From the NCBI GenBank assembly GCA_030264375.1, contig JASCQW010000122.1, positions 27,607,615-27,671,614 on the forward strand: a stretch of DNA of 64,000 bases. The letters run 5' to 3'. The notes beneath the pieces are model-generated. The model made no database searches. It worked only from the letters and a program-made list of their open reading frames with translations, and was not told the DNA's origin. A program made the position numbers and the translations under genes. The DNA comes from Carcharhinus longimanus (Eukaryota). The first letter of the stretch is position 1. Each line of letters begins with the position of its first letter. Positions 38,948 through 53,250 of the stretch are shown here, in pieces.

Positions 38948-40529
38948 CATGTCGGGCAAATTGTGAAATTTCTCAACTTGAGCCACCACTTTGGTAATCA
39001 AAACCTGTACCTCTATCTCATGTCGTGTGATCCATGCACTGGACGCAAGTTGGAAGCCAGGAAGGTACTAGTGATGGAAAACATGTGGATGTGAACAATG
39101 CACTTGTGTGGGTTGATTTGAGTCATAGAAAAAAAAGAGGTAAATATATTTGTTTACAAGAATGGAATATGAGATGGAAAATCCAGGGCACAAAACTGGG
39201 CCAGAAGCAATTAAGTACTACCAAAATGTTGCTTTGATATATCAAAGTAAAATTCAATAGTTTGGGACCAAGATCAAATCAGTGATTAAATTTTTCAGTT
39301 ATGGTGGAATTTATTTCTAGCAATTGATATGACTGTAACTTAAACGATCATTACAACTAACAGTCAATCCTAAATATGTGCTACATTGCTTAACAGCACT
39401 TAGAAACTGACCATTTAACAGTTGATTAATCAGCTGCTCAGTAATTCCCTCCCAAATGCTCTATTCAGATTTTCCTTCTTGATGGGCTTCTCATATTCTT
39501 CTACCCAATGATCCACTCAGAATATTCAACATTCATGCTTTTGCTCTCCTTACATTTTCAGCCTAAAACTGTAATTCTAAACAGCAGCACCTTTGATGGG
39601 GGCTGAGGAACTAGTAGCTATTTATCAGTACCACAATCAGTATGCTAGTCTTGGACTGAAAACTAATGGAACAAAAATAGCATATTCTGAGGCTGCATCT
39701 TGAAGATAAGAGTTTGAGCAGCAATTCACAGCTATCTGTCCATTACCAGCACTAAGAAACAATGTCAAATTTTATGTTTCAAATTGTCAGTGGCACTGAT
39801 TAGAGAATAAGCCGGGATAATAGGCAGAGATCCATTTTAGCAGATCCCTGTATGTTTGTGCAGCATAGCATTTTCCATAGGCTTAATGCACTCTTACAAG
39901 AAATTATCCCATCTAGGGTGGTCAGAAAGAGAAGCACGACTTGAGATGAAGCTCTATAACAGGCAATAGCGATTTGATATAAATTTGTCCAGTACATTTC
40001 AGTCTTGGTTTCTGCTCCTTCCACTATTTTCTCAGAGATTTTATATTGTTGTATATTCATTTATTCATTCATTCCAGAATATCTAGAGAACGTTAATGTT
40101 GCAACTAGTGCCAAATATGAGCAAAATCACCAGAAAGCTAGTTGTAATTGAAACATTTCCAAGCCTTCAGCAGAACAGGAATGACATTAACAAGGAAGGT
40201 GCNNNNNNNNNNNNNNNNNNNNNNNNNNNNNNNNNNNNNNNNNNNNNNNNGGATGTCTCAAAGCATATTTTGCACTGCAGAAAATGCAACACCAAATAGC
40301 AACGTAATAATGAATAGGCAACGGTTCGAATCTTCTGTGTAGTGGCATTCTTGTTGGACTGGCACTCTGCTCCTTCTTTACCATCTTAGTCAGGATCTAC
40401 ACATTTTTCACCCAAACATTTCACGCAAGTCTGAGAAATGTACAGTAAATAGTTCTGAAGTGCAGGGCTGCAGCATTGGGAGAAGAAGGCAGGTCCCATT
40501 TTTATTGCACTAACTGCATGAAAACCAGT

Positions 40530-40650
40530 AAGTTTCAAGATCCAGAAACAAAAAATGCTGGAAAATCTCAGCAGGTTTTACAGCATCTCTGGGGAGAGAA
40601 TAATGTCAATGTTTCAAGTCTAGAGACACTTCTAGTGGCCAGGGCTTTCG
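40530..40650 (-). mobile_element. Penelope terminal-repeat fragment
   Basis: aaatgctggaaaatctcagcagg...cagcatct, homologous to ~4943-4990. Confidence 0.65.
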
Positions 40651-41589
40651 GGTTGAGGGAAATCAGGAGGTGATGGGGGTTGGGAGGGTGCAAAGCATTG
40701 GGTGGTTGAGGGAGATGGGGGGGGGGGGGGGTCAGGTGGTCAGTTGGGGTGTAGAGGGTGTGGGGATGGTTGGGGGCCAGGTGGGCAGTTGAGAGGGCTG
40801 TTCAAGTGCTTGAGGGGCCGGGAGGCAAGTCACGGTGTAGGGAGGTCAGGAGATTGGGGGGGTGCTTTGGTGGTCAGGGNNNNNNNNNNNNNNNNNNNNN
40901 NNNNNNNNNNNNNNNNNNNNNNNNNNNNNNNNNNNNNNNNNNNNNNNNNNNNNNNNNNNNNNNNNNNNNNNNNNNNNNNATTGGGGGGGTGCTTTGGTGG
41001 TCAGGGAGGTATTTGTGGGGTGGTAGTCAGTTAGGGTGTGGGGGGTGTGTCAAGTGTTGTCTGGGGGTTTGGGGCTGGTGGCGGGGCGGAAGGGATTGGG
41101 TCAGTTGGGAATGGAGGGTGGGTGGTCAAGGGAGTGTGGAGGCTATGTGTTAGTTGGTTGCTTCATAGGGGAATTCAGGAGCTGGGGTGAGCACTGTTTG
41201 GGGAGCAGGGTGTGGTGTCTAACACTGTCTGCAGTGGGGGAGGGGCTGAACATTACCTAGTATTCTGGAGTGCTTTGACACTCCAACTGATTTACCTAAG
41301 ATTTTCATTGGTTTCATACCTGCTATGAAAATTCATGTAAAGGCCAAATTAAGTACAGTGCAAACAGCTTAGTATTGGATGATTTTGGGCAATCGTACTG
41401 CAATCTGTGCAGGGTAAAACTGAAAATAAGAAGTTTAAACTACCCGCTTAGTTAACAATGCACATAGTTACCAAGAATGCACCTATGTCAGTACTTTCAA
41501 TGGATCCTGTATGTATCTTTTGGGGTACCCTGGTCTCCAACTGTCTGAAGACTTGAAAATCTGGGTTAGTCTGTTTTTGCGATTGAATT

Positions 41590-41826
41590 AGAGATAAAAA
41601 TTGGCTAGAAGATTTTTTCGTGTACTGTCATGGGATCCTTTATGCCCACTTGAGTCGGTAACTGGGGTCTTCGTTCAACTTCACATGCACTTTCAACATA
41701 TAAATCTACCTTGGAGCTGCAAGGAGCATCAGCTTTGATTTTTATGTTCAAGATTTAGTGTGGGACTGGAATCCTGAACCTTGTGAATTTGAGGTGAGAG
41801 TGAGCCGAACTGAGCCACTGCTGACA
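41590..41826 (-). mobile_element. Deu-domain SINE (decayed)
   Basis: Reverse complement starts tgtcagcagtggctcagttc...caggattccagtcccac (tRNA-like head) and contains gatcccatgaca. Confidence 0.65.
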
Positions 41827-42188
41827 TGCATGTTACAATACGAACTTTTACAGGAACTCCGACCAGCACAAGGCACACGCAGTTGCTATCATCATAGAGA
41901 TAATATCTCTTTGGATCAGATGGCATACAGCAAACTTACCTCACAAGAACATGCTGTAATTGGCAGAGAAGTTCTTTGTTGCTGTCAACTTTTCTGCCAT
42001 TGCCTCCTCCCAGGCATAAGGATCATCAGCTGCATTAGCTACTGAGGTATGTCAAACAAATGACTCACAATTATAAATATAGAAGACACTTAAGGTGCTT
42101 CACAAGGAATGTTGTCAAACAAAGTTTGACACTGAACTATAGAAGGCAAAACTATGATCAGATGACCAAAAGACTGTTCAAAGATTGA

Positions 42189-42800
42189 GGGCATGATCTT
42201 ACCAAAAAATTTCTAAGTGCCAAATGAACATGATAACAGGAAAGAATTGCACTTTTAAATAGAATCTTACCTCATTCTGTCAAAAAAAGTGGCAAATCTG
42301 TTTTCTGCCAGCAGGGGAAGGGGACAGGGCCTACGTTCCCCAAAAGCTAGCAGAAAGCAGCAGCAGATAGCCATTGCACATGCCAATTTCCTCCCTCCTC
42401 CATGCATCATGTCCGAAACGTCTCCCAGCCGCCAATTACAGCATGTTCTTGTGAGGTAAGTTCACATGGATTGGGCAATCACTTTTGCGGAGCGCGCAGC
42501 ATCCACTTCCCACGCACTGCTGCAGAATGCACAGCATGTGTCTCTCTCCAATTGCTGTTGCGAGTACGCATTGTGCCCCTGCCCCTCAGGCACTGCCCCT
42601 TGGCCCTGCCCAGTGACTGATGGGCACTGACAGGGTACCAGGCAGGCAGTGCCAAGCTGGCACTGCCCAAGGGGCACCCCCCCCACCTCCAATCTCCCGG
42701 GGGGTGGCTCAATGGCCTCCAGTCCTACCAGGGAGGCCATCATGACAGGTATGAATGGTCCTTGAAGCACTTTAAGGCCTTCTACCATGTCAAACATTTT
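42189..42800. mobile_element. GC-rich MITE-like element, same family as 13830-15121
   Basis: Starts GGGCATGATCTTACCAAAAAATTTCTAAGTG, the reverse complement of the terminus type at 55240-55270. Shares the ggcactgcccaagggg core. Confidence 0.6.
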
Positions 42801-43049
42801 AAAGCTGATCTGATTTTTTTTAAACAAGAAACTAATTTATGAGTATTGGATCACAGACTCTGTAAATCCTGAGTTGGCAAGTGTTTCATTCTATTTTAAG
42901 TGCTAAAGCTCGTGCATTGCTATTTTAATTAATAAACAAAAACATTTACTGAAAATCATTTTGACCCCAAGGGCTGTGGTTTTATAGTCATAGATACCCC
43001 ATTCCAAACACCAGTACTTCTAACCAATTGTTAGGGCAGTGTGGATTTT

Positions 43050-44627
43050 GCTAACACACTGTTGTCTTTTCTCCCTAGGTTAAATTCCATCTTCTGATAT
43101 TTGGAGGTGATGTTAAATGTGTAATTGATCAAAGTTAGACCAATCTGATCCGAAATCTTTCTCTCTTTCCAAGATGTTGAAAGCTATGTCCAAGTTTATG
43201 AATCAAAATGGTTGTATAAACCCTGGAGTTTTCCTTTCCAAAGGCCAAAGAGTTTCCATGTTCATCACTCTTTTTCTGGAATTGATTATTTCTGTTCAGA
43301 TAAACAACTCCTACCTTTAGTTAGAACAGTGGAATATTTAGCTATAGTTATATCAAATCACGCCTCTTTGAAAATGGACCTTTTCCATCAATTCTAGCTG
43401 GTCATTTTCTCTGGAGATTTAATTCTCTTTTACTCTCTGGTAAAACTTTCTGAATCCATTATTCCATTTTTTGAAAATTATTAAACTGATGAGGTTTTGT
43501 TTCCTACATTATAGGAGACTTTAAAAGCTTTTCTGTGAGGCCAGATAATTTCTTACTTATGCCACTAAGCAGTGCAAAATTAAGCAGCAGGAGTTAACAT
43601 ATTCTGCTATTGTTATCAACCACATATATTCTGCAGCTGCCTCTCCGAAACATATAAAAAGTGACTAGACTTCCAACCTCATTTTAACCTGTTGTTCACT
43701 GGCAGGGCTGAATATTTGCTGCTCCAATCCCATAATTCCTTTTATGAGTATGTGGATAAGACAAATAGGCTCCTCGCACACAAGCTCAGACTTAGAAAAG
43801 CCTTGTAACTCATAATTCAGATCGGTGACTCCGCAGGTAACTTCACTATTGATCCCATTGCAGTAAAATTTCTTCTTATTATTCTAACCTTTATGTTTCT
43901 TAATCCCTACTGAAAAATCAAATATGAATGCATGTTTTGAAAGTGTCTATATCCCTACAATTGATAATGATTAGCCAAACTATAGACTGGTCAGAGGAAC
44001 TTGATGATCTAGCCCACATCATTAGGTAGATGCAGGGTGGGAAAACTCCAGGCCTGGACAATTACCCCTTTAAGTTTACAAAGTTTGCTGACCAGCTTGC
44101 CACCTTCCATCTATCTATGTTTGAGGAATCATTACAATGTAGTTTCCTATGTCCCTCTCTGCAGATGACATCTATTACACTGCTGCTTAAGAAGGATAAA
44201 GATCCTAATCAATGTGGATCATACCTGCCCATCTCCTTCTTAATGCAGACGCAAATATGCTGGCTTGGGTTTTTGCATGCTGCTGAGAAACTGGTCTCAC
44301 AACTGTAATATCTCAAGCTCAGACAAGATTTTTTAAGAAGTCATTCATTCATTCTCAAATAAATACAGACTCCTCAATGTAATACATTCTCCATCCATAT
44401 TGAAGGTTCCAGAGGCGATTATTTCCCTAGATGCTGAAAAAGCATTGAACAAAATAGAGTATGAATACTTATTTACTGTTTTGACTAGATTTGGTTTTGG
44501 TGCTGAATTTACATCTTGTGTTTGCCTTCTTTATGCATCTCCTCAAGTACATGTATGTACTAATGTGATGCATTCTGAATACTTCTCATTATCTCTAGAA
44601 ACTTGTCTAGGTTGCCTCCTTTCCCTC
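43050..44627 (+). mobile_element. L1-clade LINE ORF2, 5' part (endonuclease and RT N-terminus), degenerate
   Basis: GGD, SGIDYF and ISNHASL endonuclease motifs; GKTPGLD; ISLDAEKA; FGFG; ends at GCLLS, where the Gypsy inserted. Confidence 0.9.
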
Positions 44628-44893
44628 TGTGGTAACACGGCCCCTTTAAGAGACTATCCTTTGTGGGCCATGTCACCAGGCCTGAAACAATGGAGCATGA
44701 GCATGTGAACTTCAGCCAATCAGGATTGAGGACATGCATCTCTGGGGCTGGAAGAAGGCAGAGTGAATTATTGGGAACAGACCTGTGTTGTTGTGTTGCA
44801 AATCCTTCAGTTGTAGATAGTTTCTTCTAGTTTATACCTGCCATACTGTGTCGCCTTGAGTTATCACAACGGGCAATGAGGACCAATCAGATC

Positions 44894-45787
44894 AGTCATA
44901 GTCATGGAGGATTACAGCATGGAAACAGGCCCTTTGGCCCAACTTGTCCATGCCACCTAGGTTTTACCATTAAGCTGGTCCCAATTGCCTACGTTTGGCC
45001 CATTTCCCTCTATGCCAATCTTACCCACGTAACTATCTAAATGTTTTTTAAAATAAAAAATAGTACCCACTTCTACTACCACGTCTGGCAGCTCGTTTCT
45101 GACACTCACCACCCTCAGTGAAAAAATTGCCCCTCTGGATCCTTCTGTATCTCTCCCCTCTGATCTTAAATCTATGCCCTCTAGTTTTAGACTCCCCTAC
45201 CTTTGGGAAAAGATGTTGATTATCTACCTTATCTATGCCTCATTATTTTATGGATCTCTATAAGACCACCTCTAAGCCAACTGTGACTTTACCAATGTTT
45301 TGTACAACTTCAACAAGATGTCCCAACTCCTGTATTCAATGTTCTGGCCAATGAAATAAAGCATGCTGAATGCATTTTTCACCACCCCGTCCATCTGTGG
45401 CTCCATTTTCAAGAAGCTATGAACCTGTACCCCTGGTTCTCTTTGTTCTATAACTCTCTCCGACACCTTACCATTAACTGAGTAAATCCTGCCCTGGTTC
45501 GATCAAAATGCATCACCTCGCATTTATCTAAATTAAACTCCATCTACCATTCATCAGCCCACTGGCTCAACTGATCAAGATCCTGTTGCAATCCTAGATA
45601 ACCTTCTTCACGGTTCACTATGCCACCAATCTTTGTATTATCTGCAAACTTATGAACCATGCCTCCTAAATTCTCATCCAAATCATTAATATAAATGACA
45701 AATAACAGTGGACCCAGCACCGATCGCTGAGGCATATCATTGGTCACAGCCCTCCAGTTTGAAAAACAATTCTCTATAACCACCCTC
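44894..45787 (-). mobile_element. 5'-truncated, internally deleted CR1 inside Gypsy #2
   Basis: [18 protein letters not shown]...KFADNTK. 12-bp TSD accaatcagatc/accaattggatc (44882-44893 and 45788-45799). Confidence 0.9.
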
Positions 45788-48700
45788 ACCAATTGGATCC
45801 CATGAGATTGTCAAAAGCCCGCAATGCAGAACTAGAAGGGGAGGAGAATAATCACTCAAAGCCCAAAGACGGGCACAGACTCTATTTTAAAGATGCCGCT
45901 ATTCAGGAAAATAGAGCATTTGATCCTGAAATTGAGAATTACGGACAGAATATTGAGAAAACTGTTTTTTTTCTTAGCAAACAAAGTAACAGCTGAGGTG
46001 GAGCAGAATGTGATATTGCTCATGTTCTGCAGCCCATAGACTTACTGTCTGGTGAGGAGTTTGATGTCACCCAAAACTCAAGGCACAAAAACTTTTGACA
46101 AGTTCATCAATTTTGTTAAGGATCACTATGACCCCAACCTTTCATTATCATGCAGAGGTACAAACTCCATTCTGCTGTTAGGGATCCAGAATGATGGTCT
46201 CTGGGTTCACTGCCAGGATTTGACAACTGGCTAAGCACTGCTGGTTTGGGTCTTCATTGGGAGACATGTTGAAGGATGGTTTGGTTTGTGGGATCAACGA
46301 CCTCAATATCCACAAGAAACTGCTTGCGGAAACCAAGATTTCACTAGAAGAATCAATAGAGATGGTTCAACTGACTGAGTGCACTGAGCAAGGCATTTGC
46401 GAGCTGCAAAGTGTGCAGAATAAGATGAACCAATTGTGGTGGGAAATGGTTGCTGCCCAAAACAGCCCTAGTGTGGGCGCAGCAGGGTCTGAGAAGAGAG
46501 AGAACTGTTCAACACCAGGGTCTGAGGCAAGTTTTCGGTGTGGGGAGACCACTCCCAAGAGTTATGCCAATGCAAGGATTTGCTTCAGGTGCAGAAAGAA
46601 ATGGTCACCTGCAAGCTAGATGTGAAGAGAAGCAGGCTGCACAGAATGCTCAAGAAAAGAAATGAAAACATCCCCTATGAGTAAGCTGGTGGAAGAACCA
46701 AATGAGGGATCTGAGACTTACACACTCAATAAAATCCATCTTATCAAGACACCTCCCACTGAGATTGTTTTAATGGTCAACAGCTACCCTGAAAATGGAT
46801 GTTGACACTGGTGCAGTGGCCACTGTCATAAGAGAAAACATATACAGATACCTCCAGAAGGGACTGTAACCCTTAAATTTTAGCCATTCTAAGGCTACAT
46901 TGGAGACACTAAAAAACAATGTCCGTGCCTGTATCTGGTAAGAACCAGTCAGCTCAGCTAGCCATCATGGTGATTGAAGGTCAGAGGCCCAGTTTCATTG
47001 GATGAGACTGGTTGAAACAAATAAAATTGAACTGGCTGGAAATATTTAATTTCCAGGATGGCGGATTCTAACAAGTTCTATGTAAATATCAGTTGGTATT
47101 CCAGAGAGAACTGTGTCAGATAAAAGGAGTCAAAGCTAAAATTTACCTAAACCCTGAGGTTGCACCTAAGTTTTTTTGAGCTCACCCGCTGCCCTATGCA
47201 TTACATAAGAAAGTAGAGGTTGAACTGAAGAAGTTGGAAGACCTGGGTATCATCAAGCCTGCGCAGTTTTCCGAATGGAGCACGCTCATCGAGCTGTCCT
47301 AAAACCGGACTGTACCAAGGATTAAGGGGACTTACATTCTAATGGTAAAAGGGGAGCTCAGCTCAATCATTACCCCATTCTGAGGATAGAAGACCTCTAT
47401 GCTAAGTTAGCGGGGGCTTCAAGTATAACAAGCTAGGCTTAGGTCATGCTTATCAACAGCTGGAATTAGAAAAAGATCCAGGACATTAGTTCCAACAAAT
47501 ATCTACAAGGGATTGCATTATTACACCCAATTGCCATTTAATGTTTTGTCAGCCTGCACCATTTTTCAGCATACCATGGAGAGCTAGCAGCAAGGAATCC
47601 CCAAAGCAGTGGTATACTTGGATGATGTCTTAGTTATAGATACATCTGTTGAAGAATATGGTGCAAACCTGGAGCAGTTCCTCAAGAAGTTTAAAGAAGC
47701 TGGTATACATTTAAAGTCTGAGAAATGTACCTTTAAAGCTGATGAAGTTATATACCTCGATTTCAAAGTGGATGCAAAGGGGTTACATCCTCTTGAAGAC
47801 GAGGTGAAAGCTATTAAGGGATTGCCTGCAGCTAGGAATGTGAGAGAACTGAAGTCCAGGAAACATCATTAATTATAGAAGGGTCTAACATATCAACAAT
47901 TCAGGACCCCCTATACCAGCTTTAAAAAAAAAACACCTGCATTGGAAATGGGGAGACATGCAGAAAAGGCTTTTGCACAAGTAAAACAGGCTTTTACAAT
48001 CACCTACATTGCATGTTCACTTTGACCTGAATAAGCCATTAGTAGTTATGTGATACCTATTATCTTGGCCAGGGTGAAAAGATGGGTCTTGCTGCTGGCA
48101 GCACATAGCTATATGTTCCAGTATAGGCCAAGAACACAGATCTTGAGTACAGACGCACTTAGTTGCCTCCCACTGTTCCAGACCATACTGTCACCACCTG
48201 TTCCTCATGAGATAGTACTTCCTGGACACTCTGTCTGTCTCAGCATCCTAAGTCGTGGACAAATAGGGACCTAATGCTGTTGATGGTCAAGAAAATGGTG
48301 CTGACAGGTTGACACTTTGACAAGGCAGAGCAAATGAAACTGTACTTGCAACACAAGGATAAGATAATCTCTGAAGCTATTTTTGGGGGCTCGTGTCATT
48401 GTACAACCCTTGAGGTAACGGACACTTCTCCAAGAGTTTCATGATGCCCATACTAGCCAGACCAAAATGAAAATGCTGGCCAGAAGCTGTGTCTGGTGGT
48501 CTGGCTTTGATAGAGAAATTGGACAAATGGTTCAGCAGTGTGAAAGTTGTCAGACCCAGCAAACATAATTGCCAATTGTGAACCTGCAAACTTGGGAATG
48601 CCTGGCCTTCCGTGGTCTTGGCTTCACATAGATTTTGCTGGGCCTTTTATGGGATAAATGCTCTGAATTCTAGCAGATGCCCATTCTAAGTGGCTGGACA

Positions 48701-49820
48701 TTCAGATCATGTGATCCACCACCGTTACATCTAATGTTGATAAACTGAGGCAGAACTTCACGATCCATGGACTTTCCAAAGTGTTGGTATCAAACAATGG
48801 AATAGAAATCACAGCTGATGAATTTTAGACTTTTGTCAAGTCGAATGGCATTCGCCATTACAGGTCAGTCCTCTACCATCCTGCCTCAAAATGTGTTGGC
48901 AGATGAGTCATGCAGACATTCAAGACACTCATGAAAAAGCAGGCTCATAGGCTGTTGCCATTGCGACAGGAAAGTTTTTTGCTGTTCTACAACACCACAC
49001 CTCACACAACCACCGGGGTCACACCTGCAGAATTGCCAATGGGTTGACGTCTATGTATCCATTTACACTTAGTATTCCCACATTTGTCGGGGAGGTTAGG
49101 CATCCTCTCAGAAACAGTTCTATGACTCTCAGAAAGGGGACAGATTGTTTAATGTTGATGACCTCATTTTGAGAAGAAATTTTGGTTGCAGAATGGCCTG
49201 GATGCCGGGAAGATTGAGGAAAAGGTGTGTCAGTCTTGTATATGGTGGAGTCACAGGGCCGACAAATGAAGAAGCATGTTGACAACTTACGTAGGAGGGT
49301 AAGGGTATCTCTGGGAGATGAGCAAGTAATTTAATCTGTACCAACTTCTGAACTTGAAGTTTTGATGCCCATGATTGGACCAAGGGCTTCAGTGACCAAG
49401 GTAGAAGAAGGGGTCAGCAACAACCAAACATCAAAGGTGGCTAATCTATCTTCTCCTCCTGTGGATCTTGTGTCTTTGACTGCTGAGGAGCCCCTGGCAG
49501 GGCTGCGGTGTTCCGCCAGGGACTGGAAGTCTCCACACAGATTGACATTATGAACTAACCAGAGCCCCCACTCCCCTGTCTTCCCACTGTAACCTTATTG
49601 CTTGTATGTTTATGTGGTTAACTATTCTTCTGCTCTGTTTTATCATGGCTAACTCAAACAGTTTGGGGGGGAAGGCGTGTGGTATTGTGGCCCCTTTAAG
49701 AGGCAATTAGTCATGGGTGGTCATGTGACCAGGTTGGAGCCAATGGAGTGTGAACATGTGAACTTGGCCAATTGGAAGTGAGGGCATGCATTCCTGGGAC
49801 TGGAAGTCAGTAGAACAAGT

Positions 49821-50061
49821 TAAGAACATAAGAACATAAGAAATAGGAGCAGGAGTAGGCCATCTGGCCCTTCGAGCCTGCCCCGCCATTCAANNNNNNN
49901 NNNNNNNNNNNNNNNNNNNNNNNNNNNNNNNNNNNNNNNNNNNNNNNNNNNNNNNNNNNNNNNNNNNNNNNNNNNNNNNNNNNNNNNNNNNNNACCGCCC
50001 TAGACACATCCTCATAAAACTCCAGTAAATTTGTCAGACACGACTTCCCTTTAATGAAACC
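49821..50061 (-). mobile_element. CR1 (gapped) inserted in the 3' LTR of Gypsy #2
   Basis: (aacataag) tail matching that at 38696; RT-region remnant (HGFIKGKSCLTNLLEF) after the gap. Confidence 0.85.
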
Positions 50062-50176
50062 GTGCTGGAGCAGAACTGTTGTTGTTGTGTTGCAAAACTT
50101 TCAATTGTAAATAGTTTTTTCTTGTTGAATAAACCTTCTTGTTTTATACCTGCTATACTGAATTGCCTCATTCACA

Positions 50177-51320
50177 CCCTCCTACTTTTCACACTAGCGA
50201 CTGAACCTCTATTTATCACTCTGAAATCTTTGTCTTGTCTAATGGGTGTGTGCTGTGGGGATGTGGGGCATCGGGTCGGGTCTCTTTATATGTTGATGAG
50301 CTTCTGCTATTTGTATCTGATTCTATGGTTTGTGTCCCCAGAGTGGTAGTTGTTTTAGAAAAATTTGGTTTCTTTTCTGGTTACAAACTAAATCTAAATA
50401 AAAGTGAGTGCTTCCTAATTAATGATAGTGCTTTGAAACTTTTCCTTTCCAAGTAGCTAAATCAGGATTCACTTATTTGAGAATCAAAACGACTTATTTA
50501 TTTCCTCTCTTTACCTCAAACTTTACATCATTGATTGCCCAAACAAAACTGGATTTTCAGAGATGGTCTACTTTACCTCTTTCTCAAGCTGACAAAGTAT
50601 AATCAGTGAAAATGAATATTCTAAATAAATTTTTATATTTATTTCAGCGTCTTCCCATCTTTATTAATAATTTTTTTTACTCTCAATTAATTTCTTTCTT
50701 CATCTGGGCGGGGTGAAGGCCTCCTAGTGTTTGTAAACAATTGCTACAGAAGCGCAGACTGACTCGCTGGTTGACTCCCCAATTTTATGTTTTATTACTG
50801 GACTGCTAAAATCCATAAAATAACCCATTTGCTTNNNNNNNNNNTCATGCACCAAACATTATCTAGCGTCAAGTCGAGGCACACTCCTACCATGTGTCAT
50901 CTCTCCCTGCCCTTGTTAGTACCTGTCTTCTTCTGACCTCCTTCCACGATACTTCTAATCCGATTCTTAAAATACTTTCGATTCTTAAAATTTGATGTCA
51001 ATTTCGAATACACTTTAAATTGAAAACCTCTTTTGTTTTAGGACCAATTTTGGTAATCATCTACTTCCTCATCTTTGCTTGATTCATCTTTCTCTCTTAT
51101 GGAAAAACCTTTGCTACGCTTTTGCCTTGTCAAAGGAGGTGCCCTTGGCTGGAGGTGCCCCACACCACCTTCTGTTTATTGCTGGATAAAAGACATTATG
51201 TGCTATCTAAAACTTGAAAAAATAAAATTTACATTGAAGGGGTCAGTTGACAAATTTTTATTCTATTTGGCAGTTTTTTATTACATCAAGAAATTAACAG
51301 TGACTCTATCTGATTAGAGG
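50177..51320 (+). mobile_element. L1-clade LINE ORF2, 3' part
   Basis: Resumes with LLFTLATEPL, SLYVDELLLF (YADD equivalent), FSGYKLNLNKSE, KMNIL..FLYLFQ and LKLEKI. Confidence 0.9.
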
Positions 51321-52309
51321 GTATGTGTATGGGCTGTTCTTTGGATGATTGGGTGCTAGACAAGGTGATAGAAGTTTGGAAACTTCTTATGCAAACAGCA
51401 GTTGATGCTGGATCAATATCAACGTGAGATCAATTGTTAGATTTAAATCTGAAATTGTGATCTAAGCTGCAGTAAAAAAGATAGTAACTGCATAGTTAAA
51501 TTCTTCCAGCATTATGACATGTGATGAAAGCACATTAGTTGTGATGTTAGCAGTCCATGGTCGTGTTTAAAGTGCTGGCTTTTTGTGTGCAGAACCATGT
51601 CAGCTATTTTGAAAAAACTTTTGCTAATATATGCCTGTTGTTTACTTGTGCCAATGTAGCACCCAAATTCAAAGATTACCCTTGAGGAAAATGTCAAAAA
51701 GGGCCCTTGAAAAAATACCCTGACCCCTTGATCTGAAGAATAGAATTGATATGGAATCAAACAACTAGATTTGGTTATCTTTGGCAAATGTGTGAAAACT
51801 GAATCTTGCTGCTTATAGTAATTGATCAAATCTCTAAAGTGGTAAAGAAGTTGAGGGCATGGGAAAACAATGAGCAATGCTCATGGTGGTCCTTTGTGCC
51901 TTCAGTTAAGATGGTCTCAGTGTTGTGAATGGGCCGAACCCCAGTTTGAAGAGTCAAACATAAGTAGATGACATGGAGACATTCAGAAATTTTGGAGACA
52001 AGGGATAGGCTGAGATGGCGTAATATATCGGATGATTAGAGGTGTTAATTATGAGCTTTTTCAGAAAGGATTAATGACAGTGCTTTTCATATTAGTGAGG
52101 ACAGTGTCAGGTGATATTGAAGGGGAAATTGGGCATACAGAAGCTGGGTCAGGTGGGAATCAAAAGTGTAGGTAGTCATCTTAAAGGCGAAGATGAACTT
52201 ATTAAGGGCACGAGAAAAAGTGCAGAGTGCAGAGGAAATAGAAGGTTGGGAGAAGATCAGATTTGCAGGTGAAAGAACATATGTTTTTTATGCTTGCATC
52301 TGCAAGGCT

Positions 52310-52545
52310 CAGAAAAGGAGCAAAAGTAAACTATTTGGCCCTTTGAGCTTGCTCTGCTATCCAGTCAGATAATGATTGATCATCTACCTCAATTTTACTT
52401 TTCTGCGCTATCCCCATATCCCTTAACTTTCCTCGAGATGGACATATTTTTGGATACTATGTTTTGAATATACTGAGCATCCAGAGCTCTCTCAAATTCA
52501 GAATTCCAATGATTCATGAATCTTTAAGTGAAGAAATTTCTTCAC
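52310..52545 (-). mobile_element. Old CR1 3' end
   Basis: Decayed ggagcaaaagta...ggccctttgagcttgctctgc tail. Confidence 0.55.
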
Positions 52546-53250
52546 TGGGTACAAAAGAGTCAAGGCAGGAAGATTTGGGATGCTTTCCCCCCTGATCTTT
52601 GTAGCAGGAAACACTCCACATTCCTGCCCCACCATGGGACTTAGTCTCCAAATGGGAGCATTTTATCCGTAGTGTTGCTGAAAGAAATGCAAATAGAAAT
52701 ACTTATGAGGCTAATGCCTTTACGTTATCTAGTTGAAAAGCATTCACTATTTCAAAAACTGAAGTTGGAAGCAGCAAAGTGATCCCTGTGACATTTTGAA
52801 GTATAAAGCGTAGCACGTAAGACAGTAAAAGTGCCCACATTTTTGCAGTCATTACTTGTCTAATGTATATGAAAATAAGGAACACCAGCAGACCAGCTGC
52901 TCAGTATATCACTAGACAAGTATTCATTCACAATATTTAGGATTGCAATTATTAAGTTAGAAGCATAAAAGTTACAAACAATTTGTCATTGCCCTGAAGA
53001 TAATATATTAAAATAATAAACTATCACTTTACTCTTAAATGACACTTTAAGGTAGAATTCTTTGAAACCAACATTTGATGAAAAAAACTTCTTTGCGTGT
53101 ATGTTTAATATGCCAGAAACATATTTATTTTAAACCACAAAATATTTTTATATTTTGTATTTCCCACATCAGAATTTCATTCTTCTGTATCACTTCTAAC
53201 AAAACACACACACTGTTCTTAATAAGTGCTTACAGAAAAAGCTGAATGAC

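Larger units (their letters stand above)
44628..50176 (+). mobile_element. Full-span Ty3/Gypsy (Mag-like) LTR retrotransposon #2, degenerate
   Basis: 5' LTR 44628-44868 and 3' LTR 49678-50176 (TG...CA); 5-bp TSD CCCTC; degenerate PBS gggcaatgagga; PPT at 49665-49675; gag MPLFRKI; protease MDVDTGA; RT VYLDDVL; integrase HIDFAGPF. Confidence 0.95.

Noticed and set aside
40650-41260. Gly/Trp-rich ORFs in G-rich sequence
   Set aside because: Low-complexity G-rich repeat interior spanning a gap; no coding signature.
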